Source: Candidatus Adlerbacteria bacterium
GTDB lineage: Bacteria; Patescibacteriota; Minisyncoccia; Phycocordibacterales; SBAW01
Reading direction: 5' to 3'
Assembly: GCA_037135035.1 (NCBI GenBank)
Contig: JBAXLB010000003.1
Location: 3,548 to 67,547, forward strand
Length of the DNA: 64,000 nucleotides
Shown: positions 1 to 10,149 of the stretch, one piece after another
Layout of the letters: every line of letters starts with the position of its first letter
Numbering within the stretch: the first letter of the stretch is position 1
Made by a program: the position numbers and the translations under genes
Notes under the pieces: model-generated
Told to the model about the DNA's origin: nothing
The model's database searches: none
The model's input: only the letters and a program-made list of their open reading frames with translations

Positions 1-129
1 TTGTGTTTGTTGCAGCATCAATTCTGACACTAAAACCTTGTACGGGTCTTTAGTCTTCCGCCAAGGCAAGTCATGTCTTCCGTGGGTTTTATAAAACTTT
101 TTTAATTCTTTTAGCACGCGCCCATAATA

Positions 130-160
130 ACAAAAAACCTCCCGAGTGGGAGGTTTTTTG
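130..160. terminator. bidirectional rho-independent terminator (hairpin cctcccgagtgggagg flanked by A/T runs)
   Basis: GC stem-loop at ~137-152 with a T-run; immediately downstream of the minus-strand RRM gene. Confidence 0.6.
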
Positions 161-177
161 TCTAAAGCAAAGTTAGA

Positions 178-432
178 TTACTCTGCTTTTGGGCGAGCGT
201 CAGAAACGGTGAGCATGCGGCCTCCGAAGTCTTTGCCATTCCACATAGCAATAGCTCCGTCAGCACCTGCATCGTCTGCCATTTCTACGAAGCCAAAGCC
301 GCGTGAGCGACCAGTCTCGCGGTCGGTGACGATAGAAGCCGAAGCAACTTCGCCAGCCTGCGCGAACGCGTCCCGGAGCTCATCCCCCGTTGTGCGATAT
401 GGAAGGCCACCGATGAACAATTTGCGTGCCAT
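178..432 (-). CDS. RNA-binding protein, RRM domain
   Basis: 84 aa; RNP-2 KLFIGGL and RNP-1 RGFGFVEM motifs. Confidence 0.85.
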   Translation of the reverse strand: MARKLFIGGLPYRTTGDELRDAFAQAGEVASASIVTDRETGRSRGFGFVEMADDAGADGAIAMWNGKDFGGRMLTVSDARPKAE

Positions 433-583
433 AGTGTACGATTACAAAACTAATTAACAAAGTGTCTCGTAAGACGACCCTCCTAACTTTTCCGCAAACG
501 CCGGGACCAGTGGAGAACTTACTCGAACGACCCTAGTAAAACATGCTGCCGTGTAAAACGCAATTGGACTAGTCCCCTACCTG

Positions 584-1264
584 CTAACGCGCGGTGAGCC
601 GTGCGTAGACAACAAAACGTTTGTCGTAGGAATGTGCCGCGGCATCCCACGCGCCGTCACAGGTAATAAGCACAAGTTGTGTTGGGCCATTTGGTGAAAA
701 TATTGATGTTGCGGGCGCTTGTTCGGCCGGGTACTGGTCGGTTTCTGTGACAACATACACAAGTGTTTTGCCTGCAGCGTCTGCAACAGTTACATAGTCG
801 CCAACTTTTACATCGGAGAGATGTTCGAACACACCAGACTTGGTGAGTGCATTGTTTACGTGGCCAGCAAAAACAGCGTTGCCCGGCATCCCCGGCTGTG
901 CACCAAGCTCGTACCATCCGACATTTCCAAACGCTGCCGGAGTTGCCATAGAGCCATCGGTTTTTCTGCCAACGTGTTCAACAACAGCATCAACACCAAT
1001 GCTTGGGATTTTTATACGAGCCGGCGTAAGTGGCGTTGTGGTTGCAACACCTGCAGGCAAAAGTAAAAGTGACGCAGCTGGCGCAAAGGCAGTCTGTACT
1101 GCACTGCCCTCAAGTGTAGTGCCAGCCACACGCGAAAGTATGTTAGCAGCACCAACAAGCACAACCACTACTCCCACAAGTGAGAACAACAGTCGGGTAT
1201 AGGTATGTGGAGATACCGGCACTACGCTTGTGCTAGCCGATAATAGCAAGTGCTTTTCTGACAT
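584..1264 (-). CDS. sortase family transpeptidase
   Basis: N-terminal TM anchor; LVLITCDG (TLxTC catalytic Cys motif); conserved His upstream; downstream of an LPNTG protein. Confidence 0.8.
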   Translation of the reverse strand: MSEKHLLLSASTSVVPVSPHTYTRLLFSLVGVVVVLVGAANILSRVAGTTLEGSAVQTAFAPAASLLLLPAGVATTTPLTPARIKIPSIGVDAVVEHVGRKTDGSMATPAAFGNVGWYELGAQPGMPGNAVFAGHVNNALTKSGVFEHLSDVKVGDYVTVADAAGKTLVYVVTETDQYPAEQAPATSIFSPNGPTQLVLITCDGAWDAAAHSYDKRFVVYARLTAR

Positions 1265-2159
1265 ACGGGAAGAAGAATACTCCTGCGCTCATGAGCAAGA
1301 CTGCAATAAGTGCAAAGACTGTTCCGTTTTGTGGGCCAAAGCCAGTGTTTGGCAGATATGCAGGGACATAGTTTTGTACGACAGACGCAGCACCGCTGTA
1401 CGTTGTTGCCGAACCATTTGAACTACCACTGTAGGTTATTGCACCTCCGGTTGAGTTAATGGCAACGGTGCAAGTTGCGTTTTGTACACCGTTTGAAACG
1501 TTGACCGTTTGTGTGCCCGTAGTCTGGAACACGGTTGTGAGCTGCGCGCCAACATTCAAGAAGGTGCGGTCTGTAGTGGACCAATTATACCCGCCAGGTG
1601 TGCCACCTGTTGCGGTAAAAGTTGCAGCCTGGCCTGCGCCAATGCTCTGGTAGTTTGGTGTGCAGGAAAGGTGTGTCGGCACGTACGAGCCGCCTGCGTA
1701 GGCCACAATTGGTGCTGGACACCCCGCTGTCCCATACCAAATACCTGTGCATGGATTGCTCAGTTGTGGTGTTGTTGAAAGAGTAACGGTGCAGGTTTTT
1801 ATCGCACCACCAAGCGGTGTAAAACCCGAACAGTCAGGAGAGTAGGTAAAATAATAGTTTGAGTCTGTTATAGACACATTGTAACTACCCGGCACAAACG
1901 TTACATACCGAGTGTCGTTTGCAAAGTTTGACTGGTAGTACAACTGTGACGAACCGTTGTTTGTAGCGCCGTACATGGTCGGTACGGTTGCAGTAACGGT
2001 AACAATTGGGGAGACAATTGGGGTTGAAACACCTGCAGCAAGTCTGGTTGTTATTACAACTTCAGAATATGGTGCGGTGTCGGCCGAAGACACAAAAGGC
2101 ACCGCATATGATGCGAGTGCGAGTACTACAGCGACGAGAGCGGCACGGGGAAATGTCAT
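1233..2159 (-). CDS. LPXTG-anchored surface protein (sortase substrate)
   Basis: signal peptide; C-terminal LPNTG + hydrophobic stretch + RK tail; Thr/Gly/Ser-rich. Confidence 0.75.
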   Translation of the reverse strand: MTFPRAALVAVVLALASYAVPFVSSADTAPYSEVVITTRLAAGVSTPIVSPIVTVTATVPTMYGATNNGSSQLYYQSNFANDTRYVTFVPGSYNVSITDSNYYFTYSPDCSGFTPLGGAIKTCTVTLSTTPQLSNPCTGIWYGTAGCPAPIVAYAGGSYVPTHLSCTPNYQSIGAGQAATFTATGGTPGGYNWSTTDRTFLNVGAQLTTVFQTTGTQTVNVSNGVQNATCTVAINSTGGAITYSGSSNGSATTYSGAASVVQNYVPAYLPNTGFGPQNGTVFALIAVLLMSAGVFFFPYVRKALAIIG

Positions 2160-2270
2160 ATAGAATAAGGCTTAATTAACAATACGGCTTCAAATAAAAT
2201 AGCGCCCACGCCCAATCTGGACCTATCTTACCACTAATTTAAAAAAATGCAAGTCCTCTCTGCGGGCGCA

Positions 2271-2990
2271 CTAGCCTGCAACAGTAATTGCTACGTAGAG
2301 CACAAGAGCGCCTACAAGCGTCATAAACGTTGTCCAAAAGGTTGGGTGCACGTGATGACTTTCGGGTATAAGGTCAGACGCACCAATATAGAGAAAAAAC
2401 CCAGCAAACATCGCGAGCAACAACCCGAGTATACTTTGCGAAACAGTAAAAAAGAGTGTCGCCGTAATACCAACAACAGGCGCAAGCGCATCGACAACTA
2501 ACCAACGCATTGCCTGCGAGCGTTTGCCGCCGTGCCGCACCACAACATTGACGGTGTTAATACCGTCAGAAAAATCGTGTGCCAACACTGCCGCAGCAAC
2601 AATAAACCCAACCGTGGGAGACACCTGGAACGCCAGCCCTATACCAACGCCGTCCAAAAAACTGTGTACCGAAAGCGCGCCCGCACGCACGTGGCCGCGC
2701 GCATGCGTATGCTCGTCGCCATCTTCGTGGCTGCCACTGTGCAACAACAAAAGCCGGTCGAGCAGCAAATATAGTAAAAACCCAAGCGCAATAAACGACA
2801 CAACAGTCGAAGGTGTATGCGCCTTCCCGCCCAACTCGAGCGCTTCAGGTATAAGGTCGAAAAAGGCAACTGCAATAACAGCACCTGCACTAAAACCTAA
2901 AATCAAATGCAACCGGTCGCGCAGCCTAAACGCAACAACACCTCCCACCAGTGTTGAGCAAAATGCTGCAAGACCAATAAGAAGTGCCAT
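2271..2990 (-). CDS. zupT: ZIP family zinc transporter (ZupT-like)
   Basis: 239 aa, multi-TM, His-rich loop HSGSHEDGDEHTHARGH, HSFLDGVGIG motif. Confidence 0.75.
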   Translation of the reverse strand: MALLIGLAAFCSTLVGGVVAFRLRDRLHLILGFSAGAVIAVAFFDLIPEALELGGKAHTPSTVVSFIALGFLLYLLLDRLLLLHSGSHEDGDEHTHARGHVRAGALSVHSFLDGVGIGLAFQVSPTVGFIVAAAVLAHDFSDGINTVNVVVRHGGKRSQAMRWLVVDALAPVVGITATLFFTVSQSILGLLLAMFAGFFLYIGASDLIPESHHVHPTFWTTFMTLVGALVLYVAITVAG

Positions 2991-3009
2991 CGTGTGCAGG
3001 GTTGAACTG

Positions 3010-3801
3010 TTAGTGACTTACTGTCGTGTTTGTAGTTGCGCTTGCTGCAACCTTGAGACCTTTGATTATGCTGTCGATGTCTTTACGTGCCGCCTGGAAG
3101 TCCTTTTCTGCTGCGGCGAGGTTAGCGCGTGCTTTTGCTAGAGTAGCAGTATTTGACGCCATTTTTGTTTTGTCACCACCGTCTGGTGTAAGAGCTGCAC
3201 TTGTCGAAACAGATGCTTGTGCTTGAGTGCTTGCGTCAGAGATCTTTGCGCCAAGGTCATTGAGCGAAGCTGTCAGTGCAGTGACATCAGCCCCACCTTT
3301 ACCCGCAGCTTGGATACGTGCAGCAAGTTTGTTGCCGAGCGTTGTCATCATTTCAGCAATAAGCACACCGCGGTCGGCAGCGGCGGCAATGCGCACCTGT
3401 GGGAGTATCAGCGCGTAGACACGATACGACTGGGTTATTGACGTAACATCCGCTTTCAACACACCTGCGTCCGTGTCAGCTTGGATTTTTGATTTAAGAG
3501 CAGCGAAGCCTGTTATCTGTGTTTGAATATTTGTTGCCAAGTTTTGCTTAAACGCGTCGGTCACCTTTTGCATGGTTTGGATGCGTGCATTTACGTCGGT
3601 GAGCGCAGCAATGCGGCGGTCAAGCTCTTTGTCGCCACGCGCCTTAGCAGCTGCCATGGCACTTGCGCTCATAGTTACCGTTGCAACTGGTGTCGTAATA
3701 TTCGCGCTTGTGGTTACTGCTGTTGCAGCAGAGGCAAGGACAGGTGCAAGGGCAACGCTAAACCCAAGCAGTGAAAGAGCTACGAGAATATTTTTTTTCA
3801 T
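3010..3801 (-). CDS. secreted Ala-rich coiled-coil protein (paralog family with 7817-8374)
   Basis: signal peptide MKKNILVALSLLGFSVALAPVLASA; C-terminal region alignable to ORF 7817-8374. Confidence 0.5.
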   Translation of the reverse strand: MKKNILVALSLLGFSVALAPVLASAATAVTTSANITTPVATVTMSASAMAAAKARGDKELDRRIAALTDVNARIQTMQKVTDAFKQNLATNIQTQITGFAALKSKIQADTDAGVLKADVTSITQSYRVYALILPQVRIAAAADRGVLIAEMMTTLGNKLAARIQAAGKGGADVTALTASLNDLGAKISDASTQAQASVSTSAALTPDGGDKTKMASNTATLAKARANLAAAEKDFQAARKDIDSIIKGLKVAASATTNTTVSH

Positions 3802-3837
3802 AGAATTATATATGCGAAGTATTAGTGATAATAGAAA

Positions 3838-4122
3838 TTATTGACCTACTGACTTGTCACCAAGTCCCGAGTCAACAGCCGCAGAGTCGGCCGAATAGCC
3901 TTGCATCTGGCTGTCTATTGCTGCGCTGTCCTGTACAAGAGCTGCATCAGAGGCATCGTTTGATGCGCTCATGCCGTTTGTTGGAGCAGCGGGAGCTTTA
4001 GTGCCTTGCGTGTTTGTTTGCATACCGGGTTTAACCGACGTGAGCCACCCACTTCTCCAGACGAGGAGCCCAAGAACTACAATAACAACAACTGCAATAA
4101 CCCATTTAAATACTTTCGACAT
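3838..4122 (-). CDS. small N-terminally anchored membrane protein (paralog of N-terminus of 7817-8374)
   Basis: MSKVFKWVIAVVVIVVLGLL TM; DAALVQDSAAIDSQMQGY resembles DAAALDAQIQVY in the paralog. Confidence 0.45.
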   Translation of the reverse strand: MSKVFKWVIAVVVIVVLGLLVWRSGWLTSVKPGMQTNTQGTKAPAAPTNGMSASNDASDAALVQDSAAIDSQMQGYSADSAAVDSGLGDKSVGQ

Positions 4123-4169
4123 ATTTTATATAATTATTTCGTAAACACTTCTATATCAGAAAGTATACC

Positions 4170-4547
4170 TTACTTTTTTTCCTCTAAGTCAAGACACACC
4201 GAGTTGATACAGTAGCGTTTACCTGTACCGGTCGGGCCATCGTCAAACACGTGCCCCAGGTGCGAACCACAGTTAGCGCACACCACCTCCTGCCGGTGCA
4301 TGCCGTGCGATGTGTCGTCTATAATTTTTGTGGAACCAGGCAAGGCGTCTGCAAACGACGGCCACCCGGTGCCTGAGTCAAATTTAGTATCCGACGCAAA
4401 CAACACGTTCCCGCAGGCCACACAGGTGTACATGCCATCGCGTTTTTCATGCACAAATTTTCCTGAAAACGGCGCCTCGGTCCCCTTTTCCCGTAACACG
4501 CGATACTGCTCGTCGGTTAGTTTTTCCTTAAAATTTTCATCGCTCAT
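4170..4547 (-). CDS. msrB: peptide methionine sulfoxide reductase MsrB
   Basis: 125 aa; CxxC...CxxC zinc motif, GWPSF, RYCINS active-site region. Confidence 0.9.
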   Translation of the reverse strand: MSDENFKEKLTDEQYRVLREKGTEAPFSGKFVHEKRDGMYTCVACGNVLFASDTKFDSGTGWPSFADALPGSTKIIDDTSHGMHRQEVVCANCGSHLGHVFDDGPTGTGKRYCINSVCLDLEEKK

Positions 4548-5250
4548 TTTTAAAGTATATCATTTGGGTACTGCTGCCGAGCCATGTGGCCGAACTGCTC
4601 CCACTGACAGGAAACTGAGCCCCTAGATATTTTGGTACCCGCATCGACCACAGGTCGAGGACCGCTTTAATAGATGCCGGGATTTCGCGCACTGTGTACC
4701 ACAAATATTTTTCTCCTTGCGACGCATCAATGCCAGTCGCATCCAACCCCAGCGAACGCGCGATAAATACAGCGCGGCGCAGATGGAACGCTTGGGACAC
4801 TACAACAACCGAGGTAACGTCAAACACTTCGCGTGCCCGGTACATACTGCTGTAGGTATCAAACCCTGCGTAATCTAGAAATATATCTTCTTCGGGCACT
4901 CCTTGTATAAGTAAATATTTTCCAACTGGGTAGACCTCGTCGTACGAAAGAGTACTGTTGTCTCCTGTTACTAAAATTTTTTCTACTGTTTTTGCTTTGT
5001 ACAGCTGGACCGCCTTGTCGGCACGCTCTGCCATCACCGCCGAAAGCTTCCCACTTGATGAAACAGAGGCGCCCAGCACCAGAGCAACTTCTGCATGTGG
5101 CGGTGTTTCTGTTGCGGAATATATAAACGGTGCGGTAGCAATGTCTGCATAGGCAATTATCCCAGCACACACTACAAAGACCGCAAACAAAACAAGAAAC
5201 ATTCGCGTTGCCCACACCTTCATATAGATAGTATAGCTTTTTGGCAGCAC
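4537..5250 (-). CDS. SanA/YdcF family protein (DUF218)
   Basis: N-terminal TM, DUF218-like core (LVLGASV...ILVTGD); true start probably the internal MKVW (about 5223). Confidence 0.6.
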   Translation of the reverse strand: MLPKSYTIYMKVWATRMFLVLFAVFVVCAGIIAYADIATAPFIYSATETPPHAEVALVLGASVSSSGKLSAVMAERADKAVQLYKAKTVEKILVTGDNSTLSYDEVYPVGKYLLIQGVPEEDIFLDYAGFDTYSSMYRAREVFDVTSVVVVSQAFHLRRAVFIARSLGLDATGIDASQGEKYLWYTVREIPASIKAVLDLWSMRVPKYLGAQFPVSGSSSATWLGSSTQMIYFKNER

Positions 5251-5287
5251 AAAAGCCGCTCCAGCTTTACAGCATGAGCGGCTTTTG
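5251..5287. terminator. rho-independent terminator downstream of cspA
   Basis: aaaagccgct...gcggctttt hairpin. Confidence 0.55.
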
Positions 5288-5308
5288 TCGAGGTTTCCCT
5301 CGCCTACA

Positions 5309-5506
5309 TTAGGCGCGAGATACGTTTACAGCACTTGGGCCTTTTTCACCCTGAGCGACTTCAAAGCTGACCATATCGCCAACTTTAAGTTCGTCAAAAG
5401 TTACTCCCTGCAACTCTTTGGAGTGAAAAAAGAGATCCTTCGCCTCGCCTTCGCGAGAGATGAATCCGAATCCACGGTCCGTAAGCGTTTTGATTGTTCC
5501 TGTCAT
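5309..5506 (-). CDS. cspA: cold-shock protein (CspA family)
   Basis: 65 aa; GTIKTLTDRGFGFI and FFHSKEL motifs. Confidence 0.9.
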   Translation of the reverse strand: MTGTIKTLTDRGFGFISREGEAKDLFFHSKELQGVTFDELKVGDMVSFEVAQGEKGPSAVNVSRA

Positions 5507-5610
5507 ATTGTTTTGTTTTTCTTGTTAGAAACCCGACCTCGTTTCTTAGTCTTCTAGACAATGGCTATCCTATCATATAAGGGCTTTATTGTCAAACTCC
5601 GCTACCCACC

Positions 5611-6276
5611 CTACCACTCAGGCAGGGGCACCACTTCGGTAACCTCCATCTGCGGGGCAGGTATCACGCACAGCACTTTGCCCGCAATTTTAAAGTCTTC
5701 TTTCAAGATAATGGGCTTAAATTTTGGGTCTTTTGACTCGGGCCAGAGTATTGTCATGCCGTCGCGTTTTTCAAGCCGCTTAACCGTGACCATGTCGTTT
5801 ACAATAGCGGCCACACGGTCGCCAGTTTCTGCGTGGTCGGTAAACCGGATAAGCACGTAGTCGCCGGTGTTAATTCCAGCGTCGTTCATACTGTCACCAA
5901 TAGCGCGCACCGCAACGATGTCGCCGTCCTCCTCTTCAACAATACGTTTGTCGACTTCTAAAAATTCGTCCACTTCCTGCTGGGCAAACACCGAAAGGTC
6001 ATCGCAGCCAACGTTTGCTATAACGGGGATGCTCACTGTCCCCCACGCCCCGTCGACGTTGCGCAGTTCGATATTACGTGCGGCGTTTTTGCGGCGAACG
6101 ATATAACCTTTGCGCTCTAAAATGTCCAAGTATTGCGTGACCGTGCGGAGCGAACTAAACCCCAAACTTTCACGAAGCTGTTCGAGCGTTGGGGACATAT
6201 TTTCTGTCCGGAGATATTCCCGCACCACATTAAGCACCCGCTGCTGCTTGAACGTTAAAAGGTTTTGGATATACAT
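5611..6276 (-). CDS. lexA: LexA repressor (S24 peptidase)
   Basis: N-terminal wHTH, AVRAIGDSM (Ser-Lys dyad region), C-terminal S24 fold; ATG at 6276 preferred over GTG at 6282. Confidence 0.85.
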   Translation of the reverse strand: MYIQNLLTFKQQRVLNVVREYLRTENMSPTLEQLRESLGFSSLRTVTQYLDILERKGYIVRRKNAARNIELRNVDGAWGTVSIPVIANVGCDDLSVFAQQEVDEFLEVDKRIVEEEDGDIVAVRAIGDSMNDAGINTGDYVLIRFTDHAETGDRVAAIVNDMVTVKRLEKRDGMTILWPESKDPKFKPIILKEDFKIAGKVLCVIPAPQMEVTEVVPLPEW

Positions 6277-6297
6277 ATACACTAGTATATCAACTTT

Positions 6298-6316
6298 TTG
6301 TGTAATTAATACACAA
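6298..6316. promoter_or_regulatory. candidate LexA operator / dyad symmetric site TTGTGTA-N5-TACACAA
   Basis: 7-bp inverted repeat about 22 bp upstream of the lexA start codon. Confidence 0.45.
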
Positions 6317-6341
6317 GATACACTAATGCATGTGGATAAGT

Positions 6342-6644
6342 TTAGTGCGTGTGGTCGTGGTGAGGGTGAACGTGTGAGTGCGAATTGCCCTTGGTAAAGA
6401 GCTGGTCAAACTTGAGCTTTGCCACAAAAAACAAGTAGAAGATCTCCAAAATCCCAGCAGTGTTAACAACAAAGATAGCCATAAACCACCACGGCTGGCC
6501 ATTGCGGCTTGCGTGCCACAACCCCAAACCTTTCCACACAAGCGACCATACAGCAGCTACTGCCACTAACCCAAACAGCGGAGACGACCAAAACGGCAAG
6601 TTGATAAAAAAGCTCTGATCCATCCCATAGTGATGTGTATACAT
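6342..6644 (-). CDS. small membrane protein (DUF5652-like) with His-rich C-terminus
   Basis: 100 aa, 2-3 TM, C-terminal HSHVHPHHDHTH. Confidence 0.5.
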   Translation of the reverse strand: MYTHHYGMDQSFFINLPFWSSPLFGLVAVAAVWSLVWKGLGLWHASRNGQPWWFMAIFVVNTAGILEIFYLFFVAKLKFDQLFTKGNSHSHVHPHHDHTH

Positions 6645-6708
6645 ACCTACTAGTATACAACATTGCTGTAGTGTAAGCAGGACAAGTGCAGTCCGTCATC
6701 ACTAGTCT

Positions 6709-7755
6709 ATGACTCTAAGCGTAAACTTAAAGCGCACTGTGGTTGCAGTTATGCTTATGGCAGGGCTTTTGTTGCCTACCTATGCCGCACTTGCACAGAC
6801 TCCTAACCTTATATACGCGCCTGCTCCAACGACATGCCCCGTGTTTTACAACAACATATACCTAGGGTTGCAAAATACCGACGTCACTAACTTGCAGGCG
6901 TTTCTTTCTACTCAAGGGTACTTCCCCTATTCGCCTATTGGTATTTTTGGGCCGCTTACGTTCCGCGCAGTACAAAACTTCCAAGCAGCGCACGGCCTCC
7001 CACGGACAGGGTATGTAGGTGTTATGACCCGCGGCGTATTTGGACAGATAGGTTGCACAACTACTACCTACCCACCGTACCCATACCCGCAACCACAGCC
7101 ACAACCCGTGCCTCCTGTACAACAAGTGTCCATACAAACAATGTCGCCCCAGAGCGGACCCGTTGGAACAGTTGTTACCTTGTACGGGTCAGGATTGTAC
7201 GGAACAAACACCGTGTACTTTGGCGGCAAAGCGCTTGACGCTGTGTATTCAAACAACGGAACGACACTGACATTTACTGTTCCGCAATATATATCACCTA
7301 ACTGCCCGCCGGGTGCATATTGCGCAATGTCCTCCGGAGTCTCGGCTTTTTGGGTTCGGCCAACAACGCCCGGCACCTACCAGGTGTACGCACAAAACCA
7401 AAACGGCACAAGCAACACTGTAAACTTCTATGTCACTGACCAGAGCGCGCAAAACCAAACGCCTGTAATTAGCGGTATTGATGCTCCCCCACAGTTGAGT
7501 GTCGGCCAAACAGGCACATGGACAGTCCGCGCAACATTGCAAAATTATGTAAACGGCGCCAACCTCCACTACCAGAGCGTGTGGGGTGACGAAACAACCT
7601 ACGCCTATGCCGCAGTTGCAAGTGGGCAACCAATACAAACATCGGCAACATTTACCCACATGTATGTTACAGCTGGCACCTACCACCCAACATTTACTGT
7701 TTCAAACGACACGGGCCAGCAGGCAACTATAAGCGCCACAGTAGTAGTGCACTAA
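6709..7755 (+). CDS. secreted protein with peptidoglycan-binding domain and Ig-like repeats
   Basis: signal peptide; PG_binding_1-like segment (LQAFLSTQGYFPYSPIGIFGPLTFRAVQNFQAAHGLPRTGYVG); Pro-rich linker; beta-rich C-terminus. Confidence 0.65.
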   Translation: MTLSVNLKRTVVAVMLMAGLLLPTYAALAQTPNLIYAPAPTTCPVFYNNIYLGLQNTDVTNLQAFLSTQGYFPYSPIGIFGPLTFRAVQNFQAAHGLPRTGYVGVMTRGVFGQIGCTTTTYPPYPYPQPQPQPVPPVQQVSIQTMSPQSGPVGTVVTLYGSGLYGTNTVYFGGKALDAVYSNNGTTLTFTVPQYISPNCPPGAYCAMSSGVSAFWVRPTTPGTYQVYAQNQNGTSNTVNFYVTDQSAQNQTPVISGIDAPPQLSVGQTGTWTVRATLQNYVNGANLHYQSVWGDETTYAYAAVASGQPIQTSATFTHMYVTAGTYHPTFTVSNDTGQQATISATVVVH

Positions 7756-7770
7756 AAAATTACCTAAACA

Positions 7771-7800
7771 AAAACCCCGCCACTGGCGGGGTTTTTGTTT
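7771..7800 (+). terminator. rho-independent terminator
   Basis: ccccgccactggcgggg hairpin + T-run. Confidence 0.7.
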
Positions 7801-7816
7801 AGAACGAGAAACCTAT

Positions 7817-8374
7817 TTAGCGTTGTGCAAGACCGGCCAACAGTTTCTGAATATCACTGCGAACAGTAACAACATACGCCTGTGCTGCATTCAACTGTGT
7901 TTTTGACTGTGCGAGTGCTGTTCCGGTAGGAGTTTTTGCAACATTCTTTGCTGCTGCAGCTGCCTGTGAACTTGCGTTCGAGGCGTTACGTGTCATGTCA
8001 GCGAAGAGTACCTGCAACGAAGCCTGTGCTGCACCTGCACCCGTTATACGAGCCTGGATTTTAACACCCAACTTTGTGGCAAGCGCGAGAATGTCTTGTG
8101 TTTGGGTTGCTGCTGCGGTAACAGTCCCTACGGTTAATGTTTGGTCGAGACCTTTTACATTAGCTGTATACACTTGGATCTGCGCGTCGAGAGCTGCTGC
8201 ATCTGCCGCCATCATCGCGTCTGTGTTGCTGTTTACTACTGGGGCGGTTGCTACTGCTGCGGGCTGACCTTCTGCTGGGACCATGTCAGTATCAGTTTTA
8301 CCCTTCCAGATAACGTATGCGGCCACGAGCACAATAACTATTACTACAGCTGCCACCCATTTTGTTTTGGACAT
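7817..8374 (-). CDS. N-terminally anchored Ala-rich membrane protein (paralog family)
   Basis: MSKTKWVAAVVIVIVLVAAY TM; homologous to 3838-4122 (N-terminus) and 3010-3801 (C-terminus). Confidence 0.5.
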   Translation of the reverse strand: MSKTKWVAAVVIVIVLVAAYVIWKGKTDTDMVPAEGQPAAVATAPVVNSNTDAMMAADAAALDAQIQVYTANVKGLDQTLTVGTVTAAATQTQDILALATKLGVKIQARITGAGAAQASLQVLFADMTRNASNASSQAAAAAKNVAKTPTGTALAQSKTQLNAAQAYVVTVRSDIQKLLAGLAQR

Positions 8375-8542
8375 CGAAAAAATAGTAAATTAATAAATGC
8401 CATATGAAAAAGGCATGAAGCTAACTATAGCATCGGGGGTTTTTGTTTACACAACGAAAGCCTGTGGACACAAAAACTTGGCGATTTTTAAGCCCTTTTG
8501 TAAATGATAGTGTAAGATTAAACAAACTAACGTTGTCTGCTA

Positions 8543-10149
8543 TGCAAAAAACTCTACATCTGCTTGCTATTGCAGGAATTATTTCCTCATTCCTCCCATA
8601 TTCTGTAGCAGGAAAAACAGCTGTGCCGCCCTTGGTAGTAAGTGCTCCTATTCCCCCGACAGCATCATTCGACGGCAGAGTTACATCACTACGTGCAGAC
8701 CCGACACTCGCAGGCAGTGTCGCACAGCTGCAGACTCCGCTGACCCTTTCGATAACATCTCTTGCGACACATAAACCTGTATTTTCAAACCCGGTCTCTG
8801 TTGTACAAAACCGTTGGAGCGCGCACATATTCCCCCCGCTTTCGACCGGGACGTATGCCCTTTCGTTACTATCTGGCTCCACAACTCTTGCAACGAGCAC
8901 ACTTACTATTGGCCTCCGGTCACTACCTACAGTGGAACCTGTCGACTCACTGCCGCCGTACGATGTTGCAGACGGACGTTTGATGCGTTTTGTCGTGCGT
9001 GCAGGGAGCGGCGGGCCGGTAGGAATTAGCCAGATCTCTTTTGCGACACATACAACGGGGGCCTCGGTCGGCGACATTGGACTCTACGTCTTTGCAGACT
9101 CTGCTTACAGTAGAGACATATCTACAACCACAGCAACAATCACGCCGCTTAATTCGTCTCTCGTAAATCCAACGAGCGACACGTTTGCTATTGTCCCCGA
9201 CACTTTTATAGAAATTCCAGCGGGCATGAGTTACTACTTCGAACTCGACGGGACAGTTACTCCGACAGACACAACATACTCTGTCGATACCGTGTTGCTT
9301 GGCGACACCTTTAAACCGCTCGCAAACGCAACCGAACAAGCATCAACCAGTAACTTTGTTTGGTCTCCCAACACGTACGGTACGTCTGCAACAACGAGCG
9401 AAGACTGGCTCAATGCAAAAATTTTGTCTATGCCCACAAGTGGTTTTACCGAAGGCCGTTCAAATTTTCCTATTCCTGTTGTGCCAACATGTTCAGTAAC
9501 AACCGACATACCTGTGGCAACATCCGGAAAACCAGTAACCGTCAGTTGGACAAGCACCAATGCGGACTATTCTCTATGGAGCGACGGCACGCGCGACCTT
9601 ACGCAAGGAAGCAGAACGTTTACAAACCTTGCAGCATCACGCACCTATGTGTTGACGTTTTACAACCAGTACGGCAATGCACCTTGTTCAATAAACTTAG
9701 AAGTACCAATTGTAAAAGTTGCTGCCGTTGTTGCGACATCAACTCCAACCACAACGCTCGACTCGTTGCTTGCGACTCCGCCTACAGGGACCTTGCCACT
9801 TGCAGTCACCTTTACTGCGTCGGTAAACAACGCAAAGTCATGTGCGGCACTTACCTACAGCTTGGGGTATGGTGACGGCTCGGGGACAAGCACTGTCTCT
9901 GTCGGGAAAAATGTCTGCAAAGCACAGAGTGCTGTTTTTGCGCACACGTACACAATAGCAGGGACGTATGTTGCAGGACTCTACCAAAAAGCCGGCACCA
10001 GCAGTGCGCAACTAATTCAAAAACAAACAATCGTCGTTAAAGCAAAAACTGCGTCAGTGTTTGACGCAGCGGCGAACATTGCAGGTGTTGCGAGTGCATT
10101 GACCAGCGCTTTGGTTCACACACTCGAGGCACTCTGGCAGAGGTTTTAA
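8543..10149 (+). CDS. large secreted beta-rich protein (hypothetical)
   Basis: signal peptide MQKTLHLLAIAGIISSFLPYSVAG at the internal Met; Thr/Ser-rich; the upstream part of the ORF is probably not translated. Confidence 0.5.

Noticed and set aside
8421-9077. 218-aa minus-strand ORF
   Set aside because: It is antisense to the larger secreted-protein gene 8543-10149 and has no signal or domain logic of its own.
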